Positions 37,361-46,657 of a stretch of 64,000 nucleotides of DNA are shown one piece after another. A model generated the notes under the pieces. That model did no database searches and was not told the DNA's origin. It worked only from the letters and a program-made list of their open reading frames with translations. Location of the stretch: assembly GCA_037308085.1 (NCBI GenBank), contig CP147779.1, positions 64,001-128,000 of the forward strand, read 5' to 3'. A program made the position numbers and the translations under genes. This DNA is from Promethearchaeati archaeon SRVP18_Atabeyarchaeia-1 (GTDB lineage Archaea; Asgardarchaeota; Atabeyarchaeia; Atabeyarchaeales; Atabeyarchaeaceae). The first letter of the stretch is position 1. The number at the start of each line of letters is the position of its first letter.

Positions 37361-37459
37361 TACCGTTTCTCCTCACTCTCCCCGCAAAGCCTGACCAAAT
37401 ACAACACGCATATCCTTCGTGTTCCTGAGTATAAATGTCATCGGTCTACAGCACAAGAA

Positions 37460-37518
37460 AGCCTTCCTGCCCGAAAAGGGGAAGCAGAAAACGATCCTTT
37501 CCAAAGACCTGTGCAGCC
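37460..37518 (+). repeat. upstream (left) element of the HTH-repeat nuclease locus
   Basis: Homologous to 34737-34807. Confidence 0.65.
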
Positions 37519-37548
37519 TTTTAATACTCCCACCCATGACACACTACC

Positions 37549-39315
37549 ATGTCCCAAACTCCACACACCAACACGCCACACAGCCACCCACAACCGCCAA
37601 CAAACATGCAACTGCAGATGCAGGAAGATCCAGACGAAACCATAAGGAATACTAGGAGTAAGAAAAGAGGAAGGAACAAGAAAGCAAGGGGCAAACCAAG
37701 AAAAGAGCTACCAATAGCAGGAAGTGAGCTATTCGCGAAATGGAAGGCTGGGAGATCAGCAGGAGACCTCTCAAAGGAATATGGCGTAAGCCCCGGAACA
37801 ATCCGGAACCGGTTAAAGGAATGCGACAAGGAATCCTATGCTAGCATAGCTAGGAGCAGGAAACCTCCCAGAAGCAATGGGCGAAGAAGAGAACTGCCAA
37901 TACCTAACTCAGAACTCTACGAACAATGGAAGAATGGGGAATCAGCCGAAACCTTGGCAAGAAAGTACAGGGCCAGCCGCCAAACCATTTCGAGGAGACT
38001 AAGAGAGTACAATGAACAGGAATACGGCGAAATAGCCAAGAGAAAGATAGCCACTTCAATCGCTGAGCGGAGGAAGAATATTCCAGTAGCACCAGCTAAA
38101 CTCATGGATAGATGGAAGAGTGGTGAATCAGCAGGCAAACTCGCGCACCAATTCAATGTTAGCCGCTCAACCATCACCAAAATACTGGAGAAGTACGGTG
38201 ACAATGACTACCGGCGAATGGCTAAGGAGAGAATGACCAGAGGAAAAGCGAAAGAAATACCGATATCTGAAGCCTCCGACCGGTGGAAGAAAGGCGAAAG
38301 GATCAAGGACCTCGCAAAGAGGTACGGGGTTAGCTTCGGAGCAGCTCGGAGGAAACTAATGGAGAACGACGAAAATGCGTACAGGGAGATAGCAAGGATC
38401 AACAGGGCAAGAAGAGGGAAGGAGAAACTTTCAGTATCAGACGTCAAACTGTTCCAGTTGTGGAAGAACGGCAAATCGACAAGAGCCCTAGCAAAGAAGT
38501 TAGGAGTAAGCCGTCAGACGATTTCGAGAAGACTAAAGGAGTATAATGCACAGGAATACAGTGAAGTGGCCAAGAAAAAAATCGCCGCGAAAATCTCTGA
38601 AATTGCGAAAGAGAAAAAGATCTCGATACCTACTGATGAGTTGTCGAAGCTGTGGGAGAACGGGAAGTCAACAGCGACTCTGGCAAGAGAGAACAAAGTA
38701 AGTCGACAAACCATATCAAGGATACTAATCAAGCGGAACAGAGCGGAGTATCAAACAATAGCCAAGCACAGAATAATCACTGCAAGGACGAAAGAACTAC
38801 TGATACCAATGCCTGAACTTTTCGACCGATGGGAAAACGGAGAATCACCAGAAAAACTCGAAAAAGAATGCGGAATAAGCTACAGACAAATCCTGAACAA
38901 ACTGAGAGCATATGACAAAGACAGGTACAAGAAGAACGCCGAAAGAAGAGGACTAGGTTCCATCAGAGCAAAGAATTGTGGAGTCGACAGCCTATTCGAA
39001 CTGAACGTCGGAAGAATTCTGGAAAGACACGGCATCTTATCCAAGAGAACTACGCTGAAGTTCGGCAAACATAATTACCGCCCAGATTTCCTACTACTTG
39101 AACGCAACACAATAATCGAAGCAATGGGGCTTTCCTTCGACTGGTATTGGAGGCGCAACAAACAAAAGACAAGAGACTATCTCCACCACAAGTACAAAGT
39201 AGTCGCTGTAGTGCCCACCGGGCAAGTATACTGGAAAGCAAAGGGATATCTCAGCAGGAAAGTAAAGATACTCAAGTACGCGGAATTCGAGAGATTCGTG
39301 TCGACATGCCTATGA
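37549..39315 (+). CDS. seven tandem HTH repeats fused to a C-terminal Vsr/DUF559-like PD-(D/E)XK nuclease domain
   Basis: About 60-aa repeat consensus IP..EL...W..G.S...LA....VSR.TI...L...Y..IA x7; C-terminal SLFE...YRPDFLL...IIEAMG. Confidence 0.8.
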   Translation: MSQTPHTNTPHSHPQPPTNMQLQMQEDPDETIRNTRSKKRGRNKKARGKPRKELPIAGSELFAKWKAGRSAGDLSKEYGVSPGTIRNRLKECDKESYASIARSRKPPRSNGRRRELPIPNSELYEQWKNGESAETLARKYRASRQTISRRLREYNEQEYGEIAKRKIATSIAERRKNIPVAPAKLMDRWKSGESAGKLAHQFNVSRSTITKILEKYGDNDYRRMAKERMTRGKAKEIPISEASDRWKKGERIKDLAKRYGVSFGAARRKLMENDENAYREIARINRARRGKEKLSVSDVKLFQLWKNGKSTRALAKKLGVSRQTISRRLKEYNAQEYSEVAKKKIAAKISEIAKEKKISIPTDELSKLWENGKSTATLARENKVSRQTISRILIKRNRAEYQTIAKHRIITARTKELLIPMPELFDRWENGESPEKLEKECGISYRQILNKLRAYDKDRYKKNAERRGLGSIRAKNCGVDSLFELNVGRILERHGILSKRTTLKFGKHNYRPDFLLLERNTIIEAMGLSFDWYWRRNKQKTRDYLHHKYKVVAVVPTGQVYWKAKGYLSRKVKILKYAEFERFVSTCL

Positions 39316-39464
39316 AAGTTCCAACAGAAACACGCCTTTGCTCACAGAAAATGCCTATGCAGGGAGCAGTTTGCCCTAGAAACCTGTCTCGTCTTCAACT
39401 TCTGAATAGACACCTCCACAAGGAAGAGTGGAGGAGGATCGTCCTTCCGCCAACGACTTCCAAC

Positions 39465-41669
39465 TTACTCCTTCTCATAGTATTCCTCAGCAGTAGGTGG
39501 CCGCGGGTCCAGTCCCCTACGCTTCCTGATCTGGCCAACTATGTCAACCTGCATGCTCTCAGGCACGGGCTGCCAGTGGCTGAATTGTGAGGCCCAAAAA
39601 GCTCTGCCCTCCGTCGCTGATCGCAGTTCCTCTGCCAGCCCGAAACTCTCCGCTACAGGCAGGTTGGCTTTGACGATCATCATCTCTTCTTCGGTTGGGA
39701 TATCTATAACGCGACCGCGCCGCCTCTGAACGATAGAGATGACGTTACTAACAAAATCTGACGGCACCTTACACTCAAACGTCATAATCGGCTCCAGGAG
39801 CTTGGGATCAGACAGGAGGAAACAACACCAAATCGGTCTCCAAGTCATTGGCAATATTTGTGCAGGTCCCCTGTGCACAGGGTCTTCGTGCAACTCTAGG
39901 TCTGTGATGTTTACTTTGAGTCCGTAGGCGTGTTCTTTGGTTAGGACGCTGTCGTCTACGGCGTCTCTGAAGCCTGCTTTGACTTGTTCTATGACTTCGT
40001 CTACGTATTGTCTTCCTTTGACTTTGTTGACTAGGATGTTGGTGTCTTCTACTGCTACTACGTTGCGGCTGTCTTCGGTTGGCCAGTGGTACTGGTTTTT
40101 GAGTATTTGGTGGCGTTCGTCTTTAGATTGCATGTCGGTTAGTTTTTCTTCTTTTATTGCTTGTATGATTTCTTCTGGTAGTTTTTCGAGTGTTACCCAG
40201 CATCTGTTGTGCTTGTTTGGTGATTTGCCGAGTATGGGTCTTCCTTCGTAGTTTTTGGTTATGGTTTCTCTGTAGATGACTATGGGTTTGCTGGTTTTGA
40301 CTTTTAGTCCTGCTTCTTGCATGCGGTAGGCTGTGACTTCGAGGTGTAGTTCGCCCATTCCGCTGAGGAGGTATTCTCCTGATTCCTTGTTTATGATGAA
40401 TCGGAGGTTGGGGTCTTCGAGTGTTAGTTTATGGATTACTTTCTCGAATTTTGGTAGGTCTTTGACGTCCACGGGTTCGACTGCTACTGTGACGACTGGG
40501 TCTGAGACGTATCGTAGGCCTTCGAAGGGTTGGGTTTCTTGGCCTTGTTCCGCGATTGTTTCGCCTACTCGGATGCCTTGGATGCCGGCGATGGCGGCTA
40601 TGTTTCCTGCTGGGATTTTGTCGACTATGACTCTGTCTGCTGCCATGGACATGTAGACTTGCTGTATTGTTCCGTCTCCGTGGTAGGTGACGAGCCTGAT
40701 TGGTTTTCCTTTTTCGACGGTGCCGCTGAAGACTCTTCCGATGGCTATGACGCCGCGTTGTGGGTCTACTTCGATTGTGGATACGCACATGAGGAGTGGG
40801 CCGTTGGGGTCGACGGCTGAGACTGATTTGCCGAGTTCGCTGTTTGGGTCGCCTGGCCAGATTACGGGGGCTCTGTAGGATTGGGCTTCGACTGGGTTTG
40901 GTAGGTGTTGGATGAACATGTCTAGGACGGTTTCGTATAGGGGTGCGTGCTTGGATAGTTCTTCGAGGTTTCCGCCTTCTTGGTGGGCGGCGAGTATTTC
41001 ATTGAAGGTTACTCCTCTTGCCTGCATGTGGGGGTAGTTTGTTCCCCACTTGTGGAGTGCTGCGCCGAAGGCGACTCTTCCGTCTTCGACTGATACTTGC
41101 CAGTCTTTCTTGTGCTCTGCGGGTGCGTATTTCTCGATGAGTCCGTTTGCTTTCTTTATGATTTTGGCGAACTTTTCCTGGATGGATGTGGAGGTTAGCC
41201 TGAGTTCCTTTATTAGTCGGTCGACTTTGTTTATGAAGAGGAGTGGCTTTACTCGTTCTCTTAGTGCCTGCATTAGGACGGTTTCGGTTTGGGTCATGGG
41301 GCCTTCTACTGCGTCGACTACGACGAGGGCTCCGTCGACTGCTCTGAGGGAGCGTGTGACTGCTCCTGAGAAGTCGATGTGTCCTGGTGTGTCTATGAGG
41401 TTGACTAGGTATTCGACGCCCTTGTAGGTGTGGGCGAGGGATACGTTGCTTGCGAATACGGTCATTTGCCGCTTCTGTTCGAGTTCCCATGAGTCCAGGA
41501 AGAGCTTTTTGCCGGCTGTCTCCTCGCTGATTATTCCGGCTGCGGCGAGTAGGCTGTCGGATAGGGTGGTCTTGCCGTGGTCTACGTGGGCTATGATGCT
41601 TGTGTTTCTGATCCTCTGTCTCTCATTCATCAGTTTCACTATTTCGTCCACTTGCTTGTATCTTCCCAA
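39465..41669 (-). CDS. translation elongation factor EF-2 family protein, probably the divergent paralog aEF-2p
   Basis: AHVDHGKT, DTPGH, NKVD, GMGELHLE, KSPNKHN, HEDPVHRGPAQ; G2 is RQMT rather than RGIT; no rpS12, rpS7 or EF-1a neighbours. Confidence 0.9.
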   Translation of the reverse strand: MGRYKQVDEIVKLMNERQRIRNTSIIAHVDHGKTTLSDSLLAAAGIISEETAGKKLFLDSWELEQKRQMTVFASNVSLAHTYKGVEYLVNLIDTPGHIDFSGAVTRSLRAVDGALVVVDAVEGPMTQTETVLMQALRERVKPLLFINKVDRLIKELRLTSTSIQEKFAKIIKKANGLIEKYAPAEHKKDWQVSVEDGRVAFGAALHKWGTNYPHMQARGVTFNEILAAHQEGGNLEELSKHAPLYETVLDMFIQHLPNPVEAQSYRAPVIWPGDPNSELGKSVSAVDPNGPLLMCVSTIEVDPQRGVIAIGRVFSGTVEKGKPIRLVTYHGDGTIQQVYMSMAADRVIVDKIPAGNIAAIAGIQGIRVGETIAEQGQETQPFEGLRYVSDPVVTVAVEPVDVKDLPKFEKVIHKLTLEDPNLRFIINKESGEYLLSGMGELHLEVTAYRMQEAGLKVKTSKPIVIYRETITKNYEGRPILGKSPNKHNRCWVTLEKLPEEIIQAIKEEKLTDMQSKDERHQILKNQYHWPTEDSRNVVAVEDTNILVNKVKGRQYVDEVIEQVKAGFRDAVDDSVLTKEHAYGLKVNITDLELHEDPVHRGPAQILPMTWRPIWCCFLLSDPKLLEPIMTFECKVPSDFVSNVISIVQRRRGRVIDIPTEEEMMIVKANLPVAESFGLAEELRSATEGRAFWASQFSHWQPVPESMQVDIVGQIRKRRGLDPRPPTAEEYYEKE

Positions 41670-41986
41670 AGCTTTGGCCTCCGATGTGATGGAGAATGAA
41701 CATGTTCTTTGATTAGGATAGGTTGGTAGAAACGCTCAGATCGGTTGTAGGTTGCTGGTTCCGGTCTATGGGCGTAAGAGTATTTTGGATTGAAAGGAAT
41801 TAAAGTTGTGTCATATAAAGGTTTTTCTTAGGATTTCTATACAGTCACATCGGTTTGTGAGGCTTATCGGTGTTCGCCTTGGTGGGTCGTTATTCGTTCC
41901 GCGGTAGACAGGCGTGTGTTAATCAGTGGGTAGTAGTTATTTGGCTATTGTCTGTGTAGGATGGCTTTTGGATGTGTTCGCTCCTG

Positions 41987-44284
41987 ATGCAGAGGGCTGA
42001 GGTTCTTGTTACTGGAGTAGTTCAAGGAGTGGGGTTCCGCCCTTTCATCTACAGGATTGCAGTGAAGGGTGGCCTTACCGGCTACGTTAGGAACCGTGGC
42101 GATGCCGGGGTTGAGATACTGGTTGAGGGCAGTAGAAGTGATATTAACAGGTTTGTGAAGGATATTCGGGAGTTGAAGCCCCCGCTTGCCGACATCTATG
42201 ACCTGAAGGCGAGTCTTTCGGACATCGTCGAGAGGGCTTACCGGGATTTTGCGATTCGAGATAGCACGGCTGAGAGGCAGCATTCTGGGTCTGTGATTCC
42301 TCCTGACGTTGCTATCTGTGGGAGGTGCGCAAGTGAGCTTCGGGATCCTAATGATAGGAGGCATGACTACTTCTTCATAACTTGCACTGATTGTGGCCCG
42401 AGGTATTCTACGATCCTTGGCCTGCCGTACGATCGGCCTAACACGACGATGCAGGAATTTGAGATGTGTGAAAGGTGCAGCGCGGAGTATGGCAGCCCCG
42501 CGGATAGAAGGTTCCACGCCCAGACGATCGCGTGCCCTGATTGCGGGCCGAGGGTTTATCTGCTTGAGAAGGACGGCTGCAGGGTTGACTGCAAGGATCC
42601 TGTGAGGGCTGCGGGGAGGCTGATCGAGGAAGGGTATGTGCTTGCCGTGAAGGGAAATGGCGGGTTTCATATCGCGACGTCCACGTTGAGGAGCGGGCCT
42701 TTGGAGAGGATTCGGAGGGTTAAGCACCGGTCTCAGAAGCCCTTGGCTATAATGTCACCCGGTACTGGTAGGGTCAGGTCATTCGCTAGGGTGAGGGAGT
42801 ATGAGGAGAGTCTACTTACTTCTTACATGAGGCCGATAGTGCTGCTTGACAAGGGTGAGGATTACTTCTTGTCGGATCTTGTCGCGCCGGGCCTGCATAA
42901 TGTTGGTGTCATGCTTCCGTACACTGGCTTGCATCTCATGTTGTTTGATCAGGTCAGCGAGCCTGCATTTGTGATGACGAGTGCAAATCCGCCCGGCGAG
43001 CCCATAGTGATCGAGGATGAGAAGGCAGTTCGGGAGCTGGGGGGAAATCCTGCTGATTACTTCCTCGTGCACAACAGGAAGATAGCCCAGAGGTGTGACG
43101 ATTCCGTGGTTAGAGTCACTCCCTTTGGGACGCACAGTATCATAAGAAGATCAAGGGGGTTTGCTCCTACCCCCATTCAGCTACACGCTGATGCCGAGTT
43201 TACCACGCTGGCGGTTGGGGGAGAGTACAATGTCACGTCTTGCTTGCTGCTCAAGAGCAAGGCTTTCATTTCACAGCACATAGGCGATGTGGAGAAGCTT
43301 GAGACGTATGAATTCCATAGGCGGGCTGCAAGACACATAGTCGACCTGACGAACGCTAAGGTTGATCTTGTTGCCTGCGACTTGCATCCGAGGTTTGCTA
43401 CCACTGCGCTTGCGAGAGAGTTTGGAGAAGAGTTCAAGGTTGATGTGGTGCAGGTTCAGCACCACCATGCGCATGCCGCGTCTCTTATGGCTGAATACTC
43501 TCTTCCTGAGATGGTTGGCATATGCTGTGATGGAGCTGGATACGGAAGTGATGGAAATGTTTGGGGGGGCGAGTTACTCTACTGCAGTGATGGTGGCAGG
43601 AAATTCGAGAGGGTTGGACATCTGCAGGAACATCCGATGCCTGGCGCTGACCTGGCAGCGGTCTATCCGCTCAGGATGCTGGGCGGCCTGCTTCGTGGGT
43701 ATCCGGAGGTTGCCGAGCGCTTGCTGAGCTCAGCGAGTAGGCATTTTCCTCATGGGGAAGCCGAGGTTGACGTGGTGATGAAGCAGCTGAAGGCTGGAAG
43801 AAACCCTTTGACCTCAAGTTGTGGGCGCGTCCTGGACGCTATTTCCTCTTTGTTGGGTATTTGCTATGAAAGGACGTATGAGGGGGAGCCTGCTATGAAG
43901 CTTGAGTCGGCGGCGCTGAATGGTGAGGACAAGCTTGAACTCAAGCCAGAGTTGGACTCTGCAAACATTATTCGGACAGACAACCTTGCGTTGGCGATAT
44001 TGGAGAACATTGGGAAGGCAACCATTCAGGACCTTGCCTGCTCCGCACAAGCATACATCGCTAGGAGCCTCGCCGAGGTTGCGTTAGCCGAAGCTGACCG
44101 GCTAGGGGTAGGGCGCATTGGGTTCACTGGAGGCGTAGCATACAACAATTCCTTCTGCTCAATTATCAGACGGATAGTCACTTCGCGTGGGCTTAAGTTC
44201 AACTTGCACAACTTGGTTCCTCCGGGGGATGGAGGGCTCGCTTTCGGTCAGGCCGTCGTTGCAGGTTACGGATCGATGATGTGA
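41987..44284 (+). CDS. hypF: carbamoyltransferase HypF
   Basis: GVVQGVGFRPF, CTDCGPRY, RRFHAQTIACPDCGP, QHHHAH, TSSCGR, PPGDGG. Confidence 0.97.
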   Translation: MQRAEVLVTGVVQGVGFRPFIYRIAVKGGLTGYVRNRGDAGVEILVEGSRSDINRFVKDIRELKPPLADIYDLKASLSDIVERAYRDFAIRDSTAERQHSGSVIPPDVAICGRCASELRDPNDRRHDYFFITCTDCGPRYSTILGLPYDRPNTTMQEFEMCERCSAEYGSPADRRFHAQTIACPDCGPRVYLLEKDGCRVDCKDPVRAAGRLIEEGYVLAVKGNGGFHIATSTLRSGPLERIRRVKHRSQKPLAIMSPGTGRVRSFARVREYEESLLTSYMRPIVLLDKGEDYFLSDLVAPGLHNVGVMLPYTGLHLMLFDQVSEPAFVMTSANPPGEPIVIEDEKAVRELGGNPADYFLVHNRKIAQRCDDSVVRVTPFGTHSIIRRSRGFAPTPIQLHADAEFTTLAVGGEYNVTSCLLLKSKAFISQHIGDVEKLETYEFHRRAARHIVDLTNAKVDLVACDLHPRFATTALAREFGEEFKVDVVQVQHHHAHAASLMAEYSLPEMVGICCDGAGYGSDGNVWGGELLYCSDGGRKFERVGHLQEHPMPGADLAAVYPLRMLGGLLRGYPEVAERLLSSASRHFPHGEAEVDVVMKQLKAGRNPLTSSCGRVLDAISSLLGICYERTYEGEPAMKLESAALNGEDKLELKPELDSANIIRTDNLALAILENIGKATIQDLACSAQAYIARSLAEVALAEADRLGVGRIGFTGGVAYNNSFCSIIRRIVTSRGLKFNLHNLVPPGDGGLAFGQAVVAGYGSMM

Positions 44285-44303
44285 GGAAAGTTGCGATCAA
44301 GCC

Positions 44304-45428
44304 ATGAGGGAACTTTCGCGAGTTGATGGGGGAAGGAATCGGCGCGTTTTGTTTATCCCTTCGCACACCATCTGGTTGCTGAGCGACAGCGACGTCCAGG
44401 CCCGCCTCGATATTTCGCGAAGTTATCTGCGAAGCACGGGTAGCACATTGATCGGCTTGGAAGTTCTGGAGAGAGAGGAATCCCTCTCAGACAGGAATCT
44501 CAGCGTGCAGGTCTCGGCGATGAGCCGCGCGAGAAGGGAATTGTCACACATGGGAGCGGAGCCAGTACTCTCAGTTCACGCACCTTACGTTCCGATAGAG
44601 AAGTTCGATCTGGCGTCCGACTCAAGCGAGACCAGAAGGAGCACGGTTCAGGCTGTCACCAGATGCGCAAAGCTGGCTGAAAGCATAGGGGCACGCGTTG
44701 TAAATACTCACCTTGGAGGGATAGTTCGAACCAGGAGTAATGCAAGCTTCAAGGATCCATCTGCCAAGGAGGTCTTGCTCGGCAGAGTTAAGGACTCGTT
44801 GGTCGACATAATTGGCGGGATCGAGCAGCATGACGTCACGTTGGCGATGGAGAACGTACCATATCCCCTGGAAGAGACACCTAAGTATTCGCCAGTAGTC
44901 GGCATCTTTCCAAGAGACTTCTCGGAAATCTTGAAGACTATTGGCTCAATGAACATTGCTGTCACGGTTGATTTCTGCCATCTCTGGATAACACACAAGA
45001 CTATGAAGGAATTTTCGACCATCGTCGATTCGCACCGTGCAGGTGGCAGAGTCAACGCTGCTAGCTATCACGGTTTAACTTGCTATGAGGCGGACTCAAT
45101 CAAAGCGCTCGCAGTGAACCCTTTCGAGGCTTTCATCAAGCCATTGCGTGAGAGAATCATTCACATTCATGTTGCTGACTCAATTGGGACTTATGTCCCC
45201 GGAACCAGTAGGGTGTCTGAGGGAGAGCCCCTGGGCGAAGGAGATCTCGATCTTTGTGCGTTTGCTGATTCGCTGAGGCAGATCGAGTCTTGTTCGCCAA
45301 ACGGTAAGTCGATCATGATAGTACTGGAACCCAAGGAAGCAGATTTTGCCAAACCGTTGAATGCACTGAGAAGCTTGCTTAGATTAGATAATCTAATAAA
45401 AACCGAGATATACCAGAAAAAAGGATAA
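44304..45428 (+). CDS. sugar-phosphate isomerase/epimerase family TIM barrel
   Basis: SVHAPY, NTHLG, AMENVP, VDFCH, HIHVADS, LGEGDLD, VLEP. Confidence 0.8.
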   Translation: MRELSRVDGGRNRRVLFIPSHTIWLLSDSDVQARLDISRSYLRSTGSTLIGLEVLEREESLSDRNLSVQVSAMSRARRELSHMGAEPVLSVHAPYVPIEKFDLASDSSETRRSTVQAVTRCAKLAESIGARVVNTHLGGIVRTRSNASFKDPSAKEVLLGRVKDSLVDIIGGIEQHDVTLAMENVPYPLEETPKYSPVVGIFPRDFSEILKTIGSMNIAVTVDFCHLWITHKTMKEFSTIVDSHRAGGRVNAASYHGLTCYEADSIKALAVNPFEAFIKPLRERIIHIHVADSIGTYVPGTSRVSEGEPLGEGDLDLCAFADSLRQIESCSPNGKSIMIVLEPKEADFAKPLNALRSLLRLDNLIKTEIYQKKG

Positions 45429-45469
45429 ATCCTCAGATGAGTTCGTCGAAAGTCTAGCTAGTTGCACTG

Positions 45470-46657
45470 TCAGTCCGCCCTGTCACATGCCTTCGCTCCG
45501 CCGTTCTTCTTCATCATTCCTCCCCTTCTCTTCTTTTCCACCTCCACCTTAAGCCTCTCCACCTCGTCTCGCGGTACCACCAAGTACCTATGCTTACTTC
45601 CTCTGCCTTCCTCCACGAGGCTAGCCTGAACCTTGCCCTCACAATGCCAGCGGGATAGCGTACCACGGGGAATCGCTAGCGTTTTCGCTACCTCCGCGAA
45701 TTCCATACCCTTATTCTTGATCCGCGCAACCTCCTTCGCCCTCCTAACAAGATCTTTCTCAAGCCTGTCCAGTTCATCAGCAGGAATAAGATAGCGATCA
45801 TGAAGAGCCTCAGCGCTATCGCAGCTTCTCACACCAACACGCCTGACGCAACCTATCTTACACCACTTGATAACAGTTGTAGAACTCAACCCCAACCTGC
45901 CAGCAACCTCACGCGGTGTAAGAAACTCCGACCGCCAACTCTCCAACTTCGCCCGAATTCGCTCAACCTGCTGCAATCCGTTGGCAACCTTCCACGAAAA
46001 CCGAGATATTCCACCGCGAACTAGAGCATCCCTACCAAAAGACAAGATTGAAACCGTCCTCCCACCACGACGACTAATGCTAACACTTGCACCCCCGGCA
46101 ACCAACCTGTTAGTATAGTCGGAAATGAAGTCGACTAAGAACGGGAACGTGGTCTGACTGAAACTCCATTCCACTTTCAGCCAACCAAAGATGGATCTCC
46201 TCAGACCATCTAACTTGGCAGTCACATTTCCATCCCCATCAATTAGACCCGCAATGAATGGGATCTCCAACCCCTTGCTTATCATCCACCTCAGACCCGC
46301 ATGGCTATCCAAGGACGTAACCGCAGTCTTATCACAAAAGAAAGAAATGACGTTCACACCAGTTGACCACACCTCTATCGCGCGACCTCGCCTTATGGAA
46401 TACATGTGAGGAATGAGCCCAGCACGCTTAAGCATCTCAAAAACCCTACTGGCAATCACCTTCTCATTTCCCTGCAAGCTAAACCCAACTATCTGCGTGG
46501 ACACACCCTGTCTTTTCTTCAGGTAACCATCGGCAAAGTACAAGCCAAGAAGGTAAGCCCTCTCCTCACCCGAGAGAATATCAACGTTCATTGCAAGTCT
46601 GTAATGAGAACGTTTGGTCGCGTCCGAAATGCCAAAGTAATCATTATCATTAGTCAT
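45470..46657 (-). CDS. free-standing double-motif LAGLIDADG endonuclease with two C-terminal excisionase/MerR-type HTH domains
   Basis: YLLGLYFADG and FIAGLIDGDG; LTPREVAGRLGLSSTTVIKW and MEFAEVAKTLAIPRGTLSRW; ATG at 46657. Confidence 0.85.
   Translation of the reverse strand: MTNDNDYFGISDATKRSHYRLAMNVDILSGEERAYLLGLYFADGYLKKRQGVSTQIVGFSLQGNEKVIASRVFEMLKRAGLIPHMYSIRRGRAIEVWSTGVNVISFFCDKTAVTSLDSHAGLRWMISKGLEIPFIAGLIDGDGNVTAKLDGLRRSIFGWLKVEWSFSQTTFPFLVDFISDYTNRLVAGGASVSISRRGGRTVSILSFGRDALVRGGISRFSWKVANGLQQVERIRAKLESWRSEFLTPREVAGRLGLSSTTVIKWCKIGCVRRVGVRSCDSAEALHDRYLIPADELDRLEKDLVRRAKEVARIKNKGMEFAEVAKTLAIPRGTLSRWHCEGKVQASLVEEGRGSKHRYLVVPRDEVERLKVEVEKKRRGGMMKKNGGAKACDRAD

Noticed and set aside
39937-41490. 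Long alternative-frame and antisense ORFs over the EF-2 paralog (e.g. 40999-41490, 40429-40788)
   Set aside because: Shadow ORFs caused by the near absence of T at third positions; no protein-like features.
45421-45460. Fourth relic of the nuclease 3' end (AAGGATA...GATGAG.TCG..GAAA)
   Set aside because: Too short and gapped to separate from chance; worth including in an nhmmer search.
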